A stretch of DNA of 64,000 nucleotides, taken from the NCBI GenBank assembly GCA_964106915.2, contig OZ066926.1. The stretch is one strand, 5' to 3'. A program made the position numbers and the translations under genes. Source of the DNA: Podarcis gaigeae. Taxonomy: Eukaryota. Positions 48,523-60,541 of the stretch are shown here, one piece after another (position 1 is the stretch's first letter; each line of letters opens with the position of its first letter). The notes beneath the pieces are model-generated. The model did not search any database and was not told the DNA's origin. It worked only from the letters and a program-made list of their open reading frames with translations.

Positions 48523-50694
48523 TTTTTAAAAAAATGATATTTATTAAGAGTTTAGAGATTACAGAAATGAGAAAAAGAAAACAAACAGCAAAAAAATTAA
48601 CAACATATACATTACAATATATAAAAAAAAGATAGAAAAAAATAAAAAAGTAAAAATAGAAAGAAAAATACAGCAATAACAATAAAAAATAAAAAATAAA
48701 ACACACATCCAATATTCCATCTCTTTGTCTTTCATTTACTTGTTTCATCGACCTCCTCACACCTCCCTTTTTGTATTCTAGTTTAATTATTTGTTTCAGC
48801 AAATTCTTTCCATCTTTCTCAATTTTTATTAGATAATTTAACTTAACAGTCTAACCTATCAATTAACTCAGCACATCCTTTTCATCTTTCACAATATTCC
48901 ATTATTCAATTTACCTTAATTTATTTTAACCTTATCTTACAATAAAATACCTTAAATCCTAGAACTTAATACTTATTTATACTTAACTCCTAATATCATT
49001 TCTACTAAAGCCAAATGATTTCATTCCACCATTTTTCCTAGTTCCCAAAATAAATTTTACCCTAATTCCCAAAGTAAATTTTTAAAGCTTTCTTCCAATC
49101 TTCATCCCACGTCTCTTCTTCCTGGTCTCGGGTTATGTCAGACCTTACTGTCCATTCCATCTAGTCCATCAACCTGGTAGTCTTATGTCCGAGGCTCTTA
49201 AGTCTTTTCCATGTCCCTTCTGCGGTTTTTCTTCCTGTTTATACCAGCACTTTGCCTTGTCTTTTGTTGGTCTCTTTCTTAATTTATTTCCTTTCTCATT
49301 GAGGAGTAGGTCTCGGGGAAACTCCAACCCAAAAATATCTCCATCTCCCCTCAACAGATCAGCCCATTCCCCACAGTCCCATTCCCCGCAGTCAACCGGG
49401 TAGTCCAGAAAATATTTAAATGCATGTTTCAATGTCCCTCCAAAATTAAGGACCCCCACAACTCCAGACCCCCCCTGGCCCACTCCAGGTTCAATCTTCA
49501 AAAACAGCGGCTTATGCTCCTGCAGGGCCTCGGTTCTATCCATTTGTGTTGCTTGAGGTTCAGCAGCAACCTCCTCCATTGTCTTCTGCATTTGCACTTG
49601 CCCTGTCAAAACAGGTTCCTGGGTTGAGTCCTGAGTGGTTTCTATATAAGTATTCACTGTTTGTCCAAAATTTTGAACTGCAACAGTCATCAAGTTCATC
49701 TTCTCATGTATCTGCTCCAGCAAAGCGTTTGTCTTGCAAAAAGCAAGCACCAAAACTTCTTCTATATCCATTTTTATTCAAGGTCAGAGTCTGGTCTCAC
49801 GATCCTAATCTCCACATCTGTGAAATCCCCAGATCGACTCCAGCAACAATTTAACAAGCTCCCTCTAGAGGGAACAATTTCCATTTGTAGCCATCTTTTG
49901 AAGGCAAGTCCAGCAAAAGAAAGTTACTTTCATTTTTCAAATTTTTGTTTCTTTTAAATGCAAAAGGTAACTTTGGAATCAATTTGTTTCTCTTCTTTAA
50001 CTATCTGTCAAAAAACATTCCATTCACAGTTGATGGGCTTCCCCAAAAGTTTCTGTCTCTGACACCCCATTCCCAGGTTTGAGACGGTGGAAATTTATCT
50101 TTCTTTACTCTCTCTCCACAGGCTTAAACAATCAAAATTCCCCCTCTTTTCCCCTGCTTCCAAGAGGGGTTTGGATGGTTAAAGATGAAGGAAATTTAGG
50201 TCTTTATATACAACTTTCCAAACTTTAGCTTGCACAATTTTTGCTTCAGTCTATATACAAAAAGCGGAAGGCGGACTTCCTGTTTAGACCTTCCCACTTC
50301 AATGCCAAATTAAAGTGTTTCTTAATCCAATTTTCTGTTCTACTCACGGGTACTTGTTTAGAGTCCAATTGTCCACAGGAAAAAGTCAGCGCTCTCCGGC
50401 AACGGCTGTGCGGCTTCACTCCATAAAAATAGCGGTTGATTCAAGACACCGCGTTGCTCACCCCACGTCACTTCGGATCCCCGAAAAAGGCATTTCCCTG
50501 AGAGTAGGGGAGGCGCTCCTGGTGTCAGCCGAATCCCACGTTCCCAGGCTTCCTCCGCCTGGGATTTTTAAGGGGTCTCCGCCTTCGCTGCGGCGGCAAG
50601 ACCCAATTTTCACGGAGCGGATTCCTCTGAATCAGAGGAATTCCGCCATTGCCGATGGCGCTAACCCGGAAGTCCTCCTAACCCGGAAGTCCTC
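48523..50694 (-). mobile_element. Full-length non-autonomous L1-derived retroelement (2172 bp)
   Basis: Perfect 20-bp TSD GGTTTTACTGTACTTTTATC (48503-48522 and 50695-50714); CpG-rich 5' end GACTTCCGG..ATGGCGG; AATAAA and short A tail; no RT or EN. Confidence 0.85.
49169..49771 (-). CDS. 200-aa ORF of the L1-derived element (hypothetical; coiled-coil-like N-terminus)
   Basis: ATG-initiated, in element sense orientation; longest non-receptor ORF in the window. Confidence 0.5.
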   Translation of the reverse strand: MDIEEVLVLAFCKTNALLEQIHEKMNLMTVAVQNFGQTVNTYIETTQDSTQEPVLTGQVQMQKTMEEVAAEPQATQMDRTEALQEHKPLFLKIEPGVGQGGSGVVGVLNFGGTLKHAFKYFLDYPVDCGEWDCGEWADLLRGDGDIFGLEFPRDLLLNEKGNKLRKRPTKDKAKCWYKQEEKPQKGHGKDLRASDIRLPG

Positions 50695-51624
50695 GGTTTT
50701 ACTGTACTTTTATCAGTGAGGTCAGGAAAAGCTGTGTGTGGTGGACATTCCTTTGGTCAGCCTCCTGAAGACTCAGTAGCCAATCACAGCAAGGTGAAGT
50801 GCTAGCCAATCAGGAGGGAGTGGAAAGGTAAAAGGTAAAACCTGACAGTTAAAGTGTTAGATAGGGCTTGGATGGGAGAATAGCTGAGCAGCTAGAGGTT
50901 TGCTAGGCAGGGCAAACCAGATTATTTCATAAAACAATTATAACATATTATATCATAAAAGGGGGCTAGATGTGTTTTACTAGCATGGTGGAACAAAGAG
51001 CCATTCTAGGATGAATCAGGTGATTTAGGAACACTGTTAAAGTCATTAGTAAAATTCTTAAACACTTCTGTAAAAAAAGAATTTGACCAAAATCAAGCTT
51101 GTACTTTACCAAAGTAACCATCAAGCTGTAATGCTCATTGGGTGTGTATAAATAAAATACCAGTATTGTTTTAAACATGTCTAATTTAATTTATTCCCAC
51201 TTTAAGGGATAAGTGGTCACAGATCATGAGTGAATGCCTGGAACCCATGGGCTCCTGCCACCGCTTAGCAAAGAGAGAGGGAGGCACTCAACTTTTGTAA
51301 CAGTATGTTTCATCTGTATGGTGGACAATTTACCAGGCAATCCAATAAACTTTTTAAAAAACATGGAAAGAAAGAAGGCAGTCCTCAGACATCTTCCCAA
51401 GTACCATTGTGGAATCCATGTATGGATTGATTCATAGATATGCAGACAAATCCTCTTTTCATGTTCCAATGTGCACATAGGTCTGCCAGGGCCAAGATGG
51501 AAAACCTCTCTGTATACACAGTGCGATCTGGAGTCCTCTATAAGCCAGTGAGCATCTATTAGTTGCTTACATTTGTGACAGAAACAGAGGAAACAATAAC
51601 TGGGGAGTTCTGGTTCTGATCAAC

Positions 51625-51875
51625 TGTTTTGGACTCATGGGAGCAATTTGCCACAATGCCAAAGCACATATCCAATTAAGCTCCTTCTAACACACACACA
51701 CCTTTTAAAAACCGGTTTATAAATACATCTGTTATACACTTTTCTGGCATGTGCCAGAAGAAGAAGAAATCATCTCAGATGTCTCAATGAATGTCTGACC
51801 AGTCATGGCCTATAGTAGTGAAATGAAAAACTTCACTTACCCAGGCTGAAACTGGTTTAAAAGGAATAGGTAAGT
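51625..51875 (+). promoter_or_regulatory. Putative OR14-b promoter and non-coding first exon
   Basis: GGACTCATGGGAG, CCAATTAA, TTTATAAA, donor TAG|gtaagt at 51870. Confidence 0.55.
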
Positions 51876-51997
51876 GGTTGGGGTGGTTTTTAGCTGTGAA
51901 CTTAACAATACCTGTGGCAAGAAAACTGTAACTCCTTATTTCTTCTCATCATTCTTCATCACCACACCTACATCTTTCTGCATGTTACTCTTACACT

Positions 51998-52142
51998 CAG
52001 TTCTTTTCTGGGGGGGGGGGGAAAGATGCATACCCCTAAATATTTTGTGAATCTAAGTTTGGTCTCATTGAGGGGCAGTATTTCAATATGAGTAGGAAAA
52101 TGAGAGTACCCCAAACATTTTTTTTTTTAGAAAAAAGCACTG
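51998..52142. mobile_element. hAT-type MITE
   Basis: CAGTTCTTTTCT...AGAAAAAAGCACTG TIRs; perfect 8-bp TSD CTTACACT; empty paralogous site near 44085. Confidence 0.85.
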
Positions 52143-52951
52143 CTTACACTGCATTTTGACCTAAACAATTTCACAGAACTGAGGTTCATTAATTGAAAGA
52201 AAAATAATACAAGCATGTTACATTAACTGGCATTCCTGTATCTGTGGAATGTATCAGAATATGACTCTGAAGATAAGGTGGTAACACTCAAACATCTCAA
52301 ACTCAAACATTTAAACTGGAAACAACAAATCTAAGAATACTGCAAATTGTGATTCCACATACCCACCCATCCCCAGTAGGGAAGAAGTGGTCTCAGATTA
52401 AAATCAGTCTCCCAACAGTATATTGCTCACAGGGCATAGGCAGATTTGTGATGAACTATTTGTGGATATTAGCTGGCTGAAGAAATGTTTGCCCCAGTTG
52501 TGGTTTTTTTTTTTTAAATCCAGATTGGACTAGGACTTCCACCCAGTCAATATAGAATGTGTACATTGTGTCTCTTTAGTCTGTCTGCCTTATCTGGCAC
52601 CCTGCATAATTGGGGCCAGCAACTGATTGGTGAGCTCCTATGCACATATACATGTATGCATGTAACTTCCATTTCTGATGCTTCACTGAATGCATAGATG
52701 CCAGGGGAAGGATTTCAGGGAGTATAGACTCACCACACCTTGCCTACATTTGCAAGTGGTGTTTGGGGGGGGGGCACAAGTGGATAGGAATTGTTCTGAT
52801 GTGAAAACAGAGAGGACAACAATTATTGCTGATTATGCAAAGGAATATTTGGTGGACTTGATTTCTAGATCAAAGAAGCTCAGTTTAAATTAAATTGATG
52901 AATCAATAATTCTACACTAATAGTCCTTATCCTCTTGCTTGTACAGGTAAC

Positions 52952-53917
52952 ATGTGGATACGTGCTGTGAACATAATGCACAATCTTACCTCCATGCCTG
53001 CATTTCTGCTGCTGGGATTCTCAGATATTCGAGAACTACAGATCTTGCACTTCTTTGTGTTCCTAGCCTTGTACTTGATGGCAATAATAGGGAATCTTTT
53101 AATTGTCATTGTCATTGTCCTTGATCACCACCTTCATACCCCTATGTATTTCTTTCTAATGAATTTGGCCATCATGGACCTTGGAACAGTTTCAGTTATG
53201 GTGCCCAAATCGATGGCTATTTCCCTTTACAACAACAGGTTAATTTCTTATTTTGGATGTGTTGCTCAGGTTTTCTTTTTACATTTTTTTGGAATATCAG
53301 ATTTTGCTCTCCTAACTATAATGGCACATGACCGTTACATTGCTATTTGCAGACCACTGCAATATGAGACAATTATGCACAAAGGAGCCTGTATACGGAT
53401 GGTAGCCATTGGGTGGATCACAGGTTTTCTTGCTGCCATGTTACATACTGGGAGCACCTTTGGCAATACCTTCTGTGCTAATTCTGTCAATCAGTTCTTC
53501 TGTGAAATCTCAAAATTACTGAAAATCTCTTGCTCCGACTTTTACTTAGTTGAAGTTCGGGTTCTTGTGATAGCCTTTATTATATCAGTAGGATGCTTCA
53601 TTTTCATCATCATAACATACATGCAGATCTTTTCTACGGTGCTCAGAATACCTTCTTTAGATGGTCAGAAAAAAGCCCTCTCCACTTGCATTCCCCACCT
53701 CACTGTTGTCTCTTTGCTTATGTTCACTGGTGCCTTTGCCTACGCAAGGCCACCCACCAATTCTTCTTCTGATCTAGATATAGTTTTTGCTGTGATATAT
53801 ACCATAATTCCTCCAACATTAAATCCATTTATTTACAGTATGAGAAACAAAGAAATTAAGACTGCTTTGTGGAAACTGTTCTATAAAAATGGTGTTGTAT
53901 ACTGTTCTATATGTTAA
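52952..53917 (+). CDS. Olfactory receptor, family 14-like (OR14-b); ATG at 52952 or 52976
   Basis: Intact ORF with all OR motifs; paralog of OR14-a. Confidence 0.94.
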   Translation: MWIRAVNIMHNLTSMPAFLLLGFSDIRELQILHFFVFLALYLMAIIGNLLIVIVIVLDHHLHTPMYFFLMNLAIMDLGTVSVMVPKSMAISLYNNRLISYFGCVAQVFFLHFFGISDFALLTIMAHDRYIAICRPLQYETIMHKGACIRMVAIGWITGFLAAMLHTGSTFGNTFCANSVNQFFCEISKLLKISCSDFYLVEVRVLVIAFIISVGCFIFIIITYMQIFSTVLRIPSLDGQKKALSTCIPHLTVVSLLMFTGAFAYARPPTNSSSDLDIVFAVIYTIIPPTLNPFIYSMRNKEIKTALWKLFYKNGVVYCSIC

Positions 53918-53954
53918 AGGTTGGCAATGCCATTTTTAACCCAGCAACATAACT

Positions 53955-54130
53955 TTTGGTAGAGTATCTGCTTTCCATGCAGGAGGTTCCTGCCTTTACC
54001 CCTGGCAAGTCCTGGCTGGGGGATAATGATTCCACGTCTGAAGTCATAGAGGGTTACTGCAAGTCAGTGCTGACAATACTGAACTAAATGGACACAGTGA
54101 AATAAGTGTAAACCAGTTTGTTCTGTTCCT
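53955..54130 (+). mobile_element. Old tRNA-derived SINE downstream of OR14-b (shared with 59435-59615)
   Basis: GGTAGAG.ATCTGCTTT.CATGCAG..GGT.CC head and GACAATACTGA.CTA.ATGGAC body; same position in two paralogs. Confidence 0.55.
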
Positions 54131-54480
54131 GAATCTGTGATACAAATCATTCCATAATTCCTCCACCTCATTTTTCGTATAATTCATCGTCAATTGATCA
54201 CGCATTTCACCATCTTCTCAAGACAGTGTATTTCACTTACAAGTAATACATGTATACGACAATCGAATGTCACCATATTAACAAATATTCCATGTAAACA
54301 TTTAGTTAGAAAAAGAAAGTTGAAGAACATAAAATGTATCATTTCCCCAAAATGTTATGAACAGAACATGACATTGTGGGGCATTTTGTTCTTGATCATT
54401 CTACAATATTATAAAAATTATTTTTGCATAAAAATGTCATCTGGCAATTTTCTTTCTATTGTTTATAATATTGATTAGCA

Positions 54481-54827
54481 AAGGTAAAGGGCCCCCTGAC
54501 CATTAGGTCCAGTCATGACCGATTCTGGGGTTGCGGCGCTCATCTCGCTTTATTGTCTGAGGGTGCTGGCATACAGCTTCCGGGTCATGTGGCCAGCATG
54601 ACTAAGCTGCTTCTGGCGAACCAGAGCAGTGCATGGAAACGCCGTTTACCTTCCTGCTGGAGCGGTACCTATTTATCTACTTGCACTTCGACATGCTTTT
54701 GAACTGCCAGGTTGGCAGGCGCTGGGACTGAACGACGGGAGCGCACCCCGCCGCGGGGATTCGAACCGCCGACCATATGATCGGCAAGTCCTAGGCACTG
54801 AGGTTTTACCCACAGCGCCACCCGCGC
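54481..54827 (-). mobile_element. Sauria SINE
   Basis: Aligns with 7347-7700. Confidence 0.93.
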
Positions 54828-56153
54828 TGTGATTAGTAGAACCATTAGTAGAACCCACAGCGCCACCCACGCTGTGATTAGTAGAACCATCTAATTTAAA
54901 CTTTTGTTGTCCAGTGGGTTGTGTTCACAGTAAATTATCCCTCCAAGAGCTGCATGCCAGAGCTGGGTCTCCACTCTTAGTCTATTATACTCATACTACA
55001 CACACCGGCGGACATGCAGCACACAAACCTACAGATATGGACACACACTGATCATAAAAAGAAAACAAGAACACAAGCAACACCCCGCCCCCAATTGACC
55101 CAGGGAGACAGTTCCCTTCATGTGCAGATAGCACTTGTGCAGAGCAAATTTTCACACATCACAGTGCAGGACTGCTTGGAGATTGGGGTGACAATATGAT
55201 AAAATTTATACATTCAGAAATTACTAAACAAAATATTAAATTATTATATGCTATTACGACAGAGATGTGCATAACATTATGCAGAACATTAACACAACAA
55301 ATCTTTAGCATCTCCACTCTTTTCAGTTCACACAACCATCATTTCTAATGTATATGAACACTCTGAATGACAGGAACCAACTGGAAACTAATAGAAAAAT
55401 ACAAGGAACAATTACTGACCACATACCTCATCATTCATTAATGGAGGCCATTCCACATGTACCATACTGTGAAGGCTTGAGATCAGTTTACTTGTAAGCT
55501 TGCTATACCCCATTTATGCCCATCCGACTGTTTTTGTCTGTGGAACTGGCAATGTTACAGGTGCCACATACCGGTAATTTAGGACTAAAAAAGAAAAGAA
55601 ATTGTTTTTAACTGTTTTTATTAATAATTATATATTTCTTGTTAGCCATGTGGAGGCTTTATTACAATCAAGTGGTATATAAACTTTGTTAAATGAAACA
55701 AATAAACAGAGGTTATTCCCGCAGCAACTGGGTCAGATAGGTCAGTCTGGGACTGACTATCCCAAAGTCACACAATATGTTTTATGACTGATTTTAACCA
55801 TGGTCTCTCACGTCCTACTCCACTTAATATTCCTCCGTTTCCCCCCACATTCTGGAAAAATGACATAGAAGTGAGTAAACTGGGGGGATGGAAGTAATCT
55901 TTTCTGATAGGTCTGGAATCTATTGCAGATAGAGGCACATGACGGCAAATAAATAAATAAATAATAAAAAATGGAATGGTAGTGAGAATTCTCTTCAGTT
56001 AGAATTATTGCAGCCAGGTTTTGCACTAAAGGAGTCATATTGAAGGGCAGCCCCATGTATATTGCAATATAGCAAATCAGCCAGGATGTTACCAGGAAAT
56101 GGATAGTTTGTGAAAGCCTATCTCTATCTAGAAATGGCTACAGTATTTGGATA

Positions 56154-56394
56154 CAGTGGTACCTCGGGTTAAGAACTTAATTCGTTCCAGAGGTCTGTTC
56201 TTAACCTGAAACTGGTTTTAACCTGAAGACCACTTTAGCTAATGGGGCCTCCTGCTGCCGCCGTGCCGGCGGAGCATGATTTCTGTTCTCATCCTGAAGC
56301 AAAGTTCTTAATCTGAAGCACTATTTCTGGGTTAGCGGAGTCTGTAACCTGAAACGTATGTAACCTGAAGCATATGTAACCTGAGGTACCACTG
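56154..56394. mobile_element. Tc1/mariner (pogo/Tigger-like) MITE
   Basis: TA|CAGTGGTACCTC...GAGGTACCACTG; same family as 30739. Confidence 0.87.
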
Positions 56395-56515
56395 CATAAC
56401 TAAATAAATAGCCATAGAGTGATCATTTTTCATGTACTGAAGCACATGTTGTTTCTGTTGTTATTTGCTTGTTTCTACTACCAAAGTCGAAGCAGCAAAA
56501 TTGCCTTGAGGATTC

Positions 56516-56695
56516 AGATCAGCTCTGCTGCACTCTTGGGAGCAGGATCCCAAGATGCCTAAACAGAATTAACTAACACTCCCTCAAATGCCTGCTGGCA
56601 CTAATAGCTGATGCTACATTTAGTGACTATTACCTTTAAATATGCTGTCTTTTTTAAAGGGAAAAAATACTCGGTTACATGTTTGGGGGTAAGTG
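56516..56695 (+). promoter_or_regulatory. Putative OR14-c promoter module
   Basis: TCTTGGGA-N6-TCCCAAGA dyad and G|gtaagt at 56689; paralogous block at 62572-62736. Confidence 0.45.
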
Positions 56696-57176
56696 CCCAG
56701 GGAAGGTTGCAAGTGCTTGGTTGAGAAGGTACAAGGGCTCTCGCATCTGAAGCATATCTCACCCTATGAATTTTACACTTGAAGGCATTTCAATTGCTTG
56801 CCAACTTTTTCTAACTGGATTATAATTTTGTTTGATTAAATCCAGACTTGGTGATGCTATTAGTAGACCCACTGACTGCAGAGGTTCTGTTGCAAGTATA
56901 TGACTAAATGTGAGTCCAACCCAATACGTTCAATTATAGTTGTATAATTGTGAGATCTGGTACGCCACATTGAATGGGAAATTGTGACAAAAGTGGAAGT
57001 GCACAAGCCAAGTTATAAAAGATGATATAAGTATTTCATTATTCATGTGACAGTAATAACCGCAAAACCAATACTGTGCGGTGAGCTCTTATGTACATGT
57101 ATGTATATGTAGGCTTCTCTTTTGAATGTTCCATCAAACGCACAGATATTAGAAGAAGGATTGAGGGGGTATAGCC

Positions 57177-58215
57177 TATACCCTCCAACATTCCTCATAT
57201 GAAAATAGGGATATTCTGTTCTACATCAGTGTCATTCCACCCCATGCCCATTAGACAAAGTCAAGTGACCACCTCAAGCAGCAAATGCTGGGGATTGGTG
57301 AAGCGGCAGTGAAGTTGGGAGATTAGGACTGCGCGTACAAGGTGCCCTGCCCTGTATTAACTCATTGTATTCTTATAAGCTGTTTAGGACCATGCCCTCA
57401 CAATGCGACATACAAACAAGAGCAAGGCAAGATATAAAGGTATAATAGCTACATGAACAAACATACAACATACTTTAAGAAGCTGTCCTGTAAAACCCAG
57501 TTATGACCTAAGTAAAAGGTAGCATTAAACATAAAGGTCTTCACCGCTTGCCTAAGTGCCTGTAATACACATGGGGTAGGGCACAAGTCAATAGGAAGGG
57601 AGGGTATGAGCTCATGATATAATAAGCCAGAAAATTAACAGTGAAATATTTGATTTTCCTATCCCTTATTTTTGCAGTCCCAAGCAGAAACCCACCTACC
57701 AAACCTTCAGGGAGCCTCTGTTCATACTGCGTGTTCTGTCTTCAATTTACTGAGGCTACCTAATTTGTGCAGACCTGCTGCAAATTATCCCAAATTAAAA
57801 GCATGTGCATGTGTGCATAGTGATAACAAAGTCAGTTTATACAAGCTCCAATTCCAGTTCTTACCCGGGTGCTGCTGCAAGCCACTGCCAGACTCAGGAG
57901 CACATATATAAAATGGGTATAATAGTAACCTGCCATTTATTTTGGCTAAAAGAAGTAGATTGATTTTGAGCACATAACTCTAAAATTATTTGATGATATG
58001 TGTTGTACTCTTAACTCTTAATATTGTATAGGTCACATGCAAGAACATGCAGATTGTTCTGTGTAAACAAAACTGCTCTGCAAGAAGACTCACAATGCAA
58101 GTTGCAAATCAGTGTTGCTGGGAGGAATTGGGACAATCCTGGATAAAATGAGAAGCCAAAATGGCTTCTGTAATTCCAGGAGTGTCCTGGGAAAATTGTG
58201 ACACTTCAAGGTTTT
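57177..58215. mobile_element. Probable non-autonomous DNA transposon (degenerate TIRs)
   Basis: Left TATACCCTCCAACAT..AAATAGGGA and right TCCTGGGAAAATTGTGACACTTCAAGG; segment appears absent from paralogous introns. Confidence 0.35.
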
Positions 58216-58425
58216 GCTAGCCTCCCCACACCATGCACACATTTCAAATAGGTGCAAGGGGGGGGGGGGTCAGTGACAATCCTAGGGGGAAAGCATAGAA
58301 TGCATGGTGGATTTGACTGTTTAAAGGAACTTTGTTTAAATTAAACGGGTTAATAAACATTTATAAACAAACAATCCTATCTTCTTTCTTGTACAGGTAA
58401 TGTGTGAACACGTTGTGTGAATAAA

Positions 58426-59364
58426 ATGTCCAATCTTACCTCCATGTCTACATTTCTGCTGTTGGGATTCTCAGACATTCGAGAACTACAGATCTTGCAC
58501 TTTTTTGTTTTCTTGTTGTTGTACTCGGTGGCAATAATGGGGAATTTTCTCATTATTGTAGTAGTTGTCTTTGATCACCACCTTCACACCCCCATGTACT
58601 TCTTTCTCATGAATTTGGCCATGATGGACCTTGGAACAATTTCTGTCATGGTACCCAAATCGATGGCTATTTCTCTTTTAAACAGCAGGTTCATGTCTTA
58701 TTCTGGATGCGTTGCTCAAGTCTTTTTTTCATATTTATTTGGAACATCAGATCTTGCCCTCCTAACTATAATGGCACATGACCGCAATGTTGCTATTTGC
58801 AACCCACTCCAATATGAGTTAATTATGAAAAGAGGAGCCTGTATACGGATGGTAGCCATTGTATGGATTGTCAGTCTTCTTAATGCCACCCTACATGCTG
58901 GTTGCACCTTTGCAAACACCTTCTGTTCTAATGCTGTCAATCAATTCTTCTGTGAAATCCCAAGGTTACTGAAGCTTTCCTGCACTGACTTTTACCTAGT
59001 TGAAGTTGGGTTTCTTGTGCTAGGATGGAGTATAGGGCTCGGTTGTTTCATTTTCATCATCATAACATACATTCAAATCTTTTCTACAGTGCGTAGAATC
59101 CCTTCTGTTCATGGTCAGAAAAAGGCCCTTTCCACTTGCCTGCCCCACCTCATGGTTGTCTCTGTGTTTATGTTCACTGGAGTATTTGCTTATGCAAAGC
59201 CCCCCACAGATAATGTTTCTAATGTGGACATAGCTTTTGCTGTGGTTTATACCATCATTCCTCCCACATTGAATCCATTCATCTACAGTATGAGAAACAA
59301 GGAAATAAAAACTGCTATGTGGAAACTCTTAGATTATGGGCATTCTTCTAAAAATATATTTTGA
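58426..59364 (+). CDS. Olfactory receptor, family 14-like (OR14-c), 312 aa, DRY motif changed to DRN
   Basis: Intact ORF with OR motifs; MAHDRNVAIC. Confidence 0.93.
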   Translation: MSNLTSMSTFLLLGFSDIRELQILHFFVFLLLYSVAIMGNFLIIVVVVFDHHLHTPMYFFLMNLAMMDLGTISVMVPKSMAISLLNSRFMSYSGCVAQVFFSYLFGTSDLALLTIMAHDRNVAICNPLQYELIMKRGACIRMVAIVWIVSLLNATLHAGCTFANTFCSNAVNQFFCEIPRLLKLSCTDFYLVEVGFLVLGWSIGLGCFIFIIITYIQIFSTVRRIPSVHGQKKALSTCLPHLMVVSVFMFTGVFAYAKPPTDNVSNVDIAFAVVYTIIPPTLNPFIYSMRNKEIKTAMWKLLDYGHSSKNIF

Positions 59365-60541
59365 GTTTTTAAAAATGGGATTGTATATTCAATGTGAATG
59401 TTTTGATATACAGTTTTTAACCTAGCACTAGAACCTTGGGGTGGACATTTGCTTTGCATGTAGGAAGTTCCTGCTGTAACCCCTGGCATCTGCAGGTGGA
59501 GGAATGAATGATTCCATATCTCAAGCCATAGGGAGCCACTACCAACCAGTGTCAACAATACTGAGCTACATGGACCAATGGGCTGATTCAGTGTGAAATA
59601 ACTTCCTGTGTTCCTAACTCTACAATGCAAATAGTCTTATAATTTATTCACCTTATTCTCCATGCCATTTATTGCCATTTGTTCATCCTCTTCACCCTTC
59701 TCTCTCCCCCCGAAATGTGTTTTACTTACTACTGATACAAGTATAGTACAATTAGATGTACTGTAACTGTATCAGCAAATACTATTTCCAATGCCTTTAG
59801 TAAGAAAATAAAAGTTCAAAAGCATAAAATGTATGTCCCCAAAATAATTATCAATTTTATTATATTTTTGCTTGCCACTCCAGTCTCTGAGTAGTGTGAG
59901 ATTCCAGGGGTTCCAGGAATTTAACCAGGGTTAAACTCGAGGTGCCTTGGAACGTAACCCCCACTTAATGGGCATTGCCTATATAGAACAATCAAATGTA
60001 ACAAATATTCATTCTAAAAGGAAAAAAGTGTTGAAAAATGTGTAATTTTCCCATCAGAATTTTCAGCTTTACTGTAGTGTAGACAGAATCAGACATTTTG
60101 ATTGTGATCATTCTAAATTATAAAACTTATTTTTCGATAAGATAATATATGATGTTGCAATCTTCCTTCTCTTATTTTGATAATATTCATTGCTAGAAAC
60201 ATTTCCCTTGCCATATTCCATCTTCCCATCAGTCACCCTGGAGACTGCCTCTCCCTCGGGAGTTGTTAGGATCCACCTCTGGCTCAGTCCATTGGGATTT
60301 CTTTCCACTAAATAGTGCCATTCACCGCTCTAAGAGATACTGCTGTCAACAACCCAGCCACCCTTGCAGTTACTTCCAGGCTAACATAATTAACAGGAAA
60401 CTAAAATATTATCTTAAAGATTTCAAAATAAAACATTACCAAAGGAAATCAAATGCAAAATGCACATTTAAAACAGCACACTTAGGAAGATAATATTATC
60501 ATAGATACCATGCTCTCTGTATCCAGTATCCAGTAACTAGT

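Larger units (their letters stand above)
48448..51220 (+). mobile_element. Probable solo LTR split by the L1-derived element (48448-48522 and 50715-51220)
   Basis: TGT start and ACA end; two CCAATCA boxes and AATAAA at about 51151; no clear TSD. Confidence 0.4.

Noticed and set aside
50315-50719. 134-aa antisense ORF in the L1-like 5' UTR (ORF0-like)
   Set aside because: Non-ATG start, GC-rich stop-poor sequence, and it runs out through the TSD; no supporting evidence.
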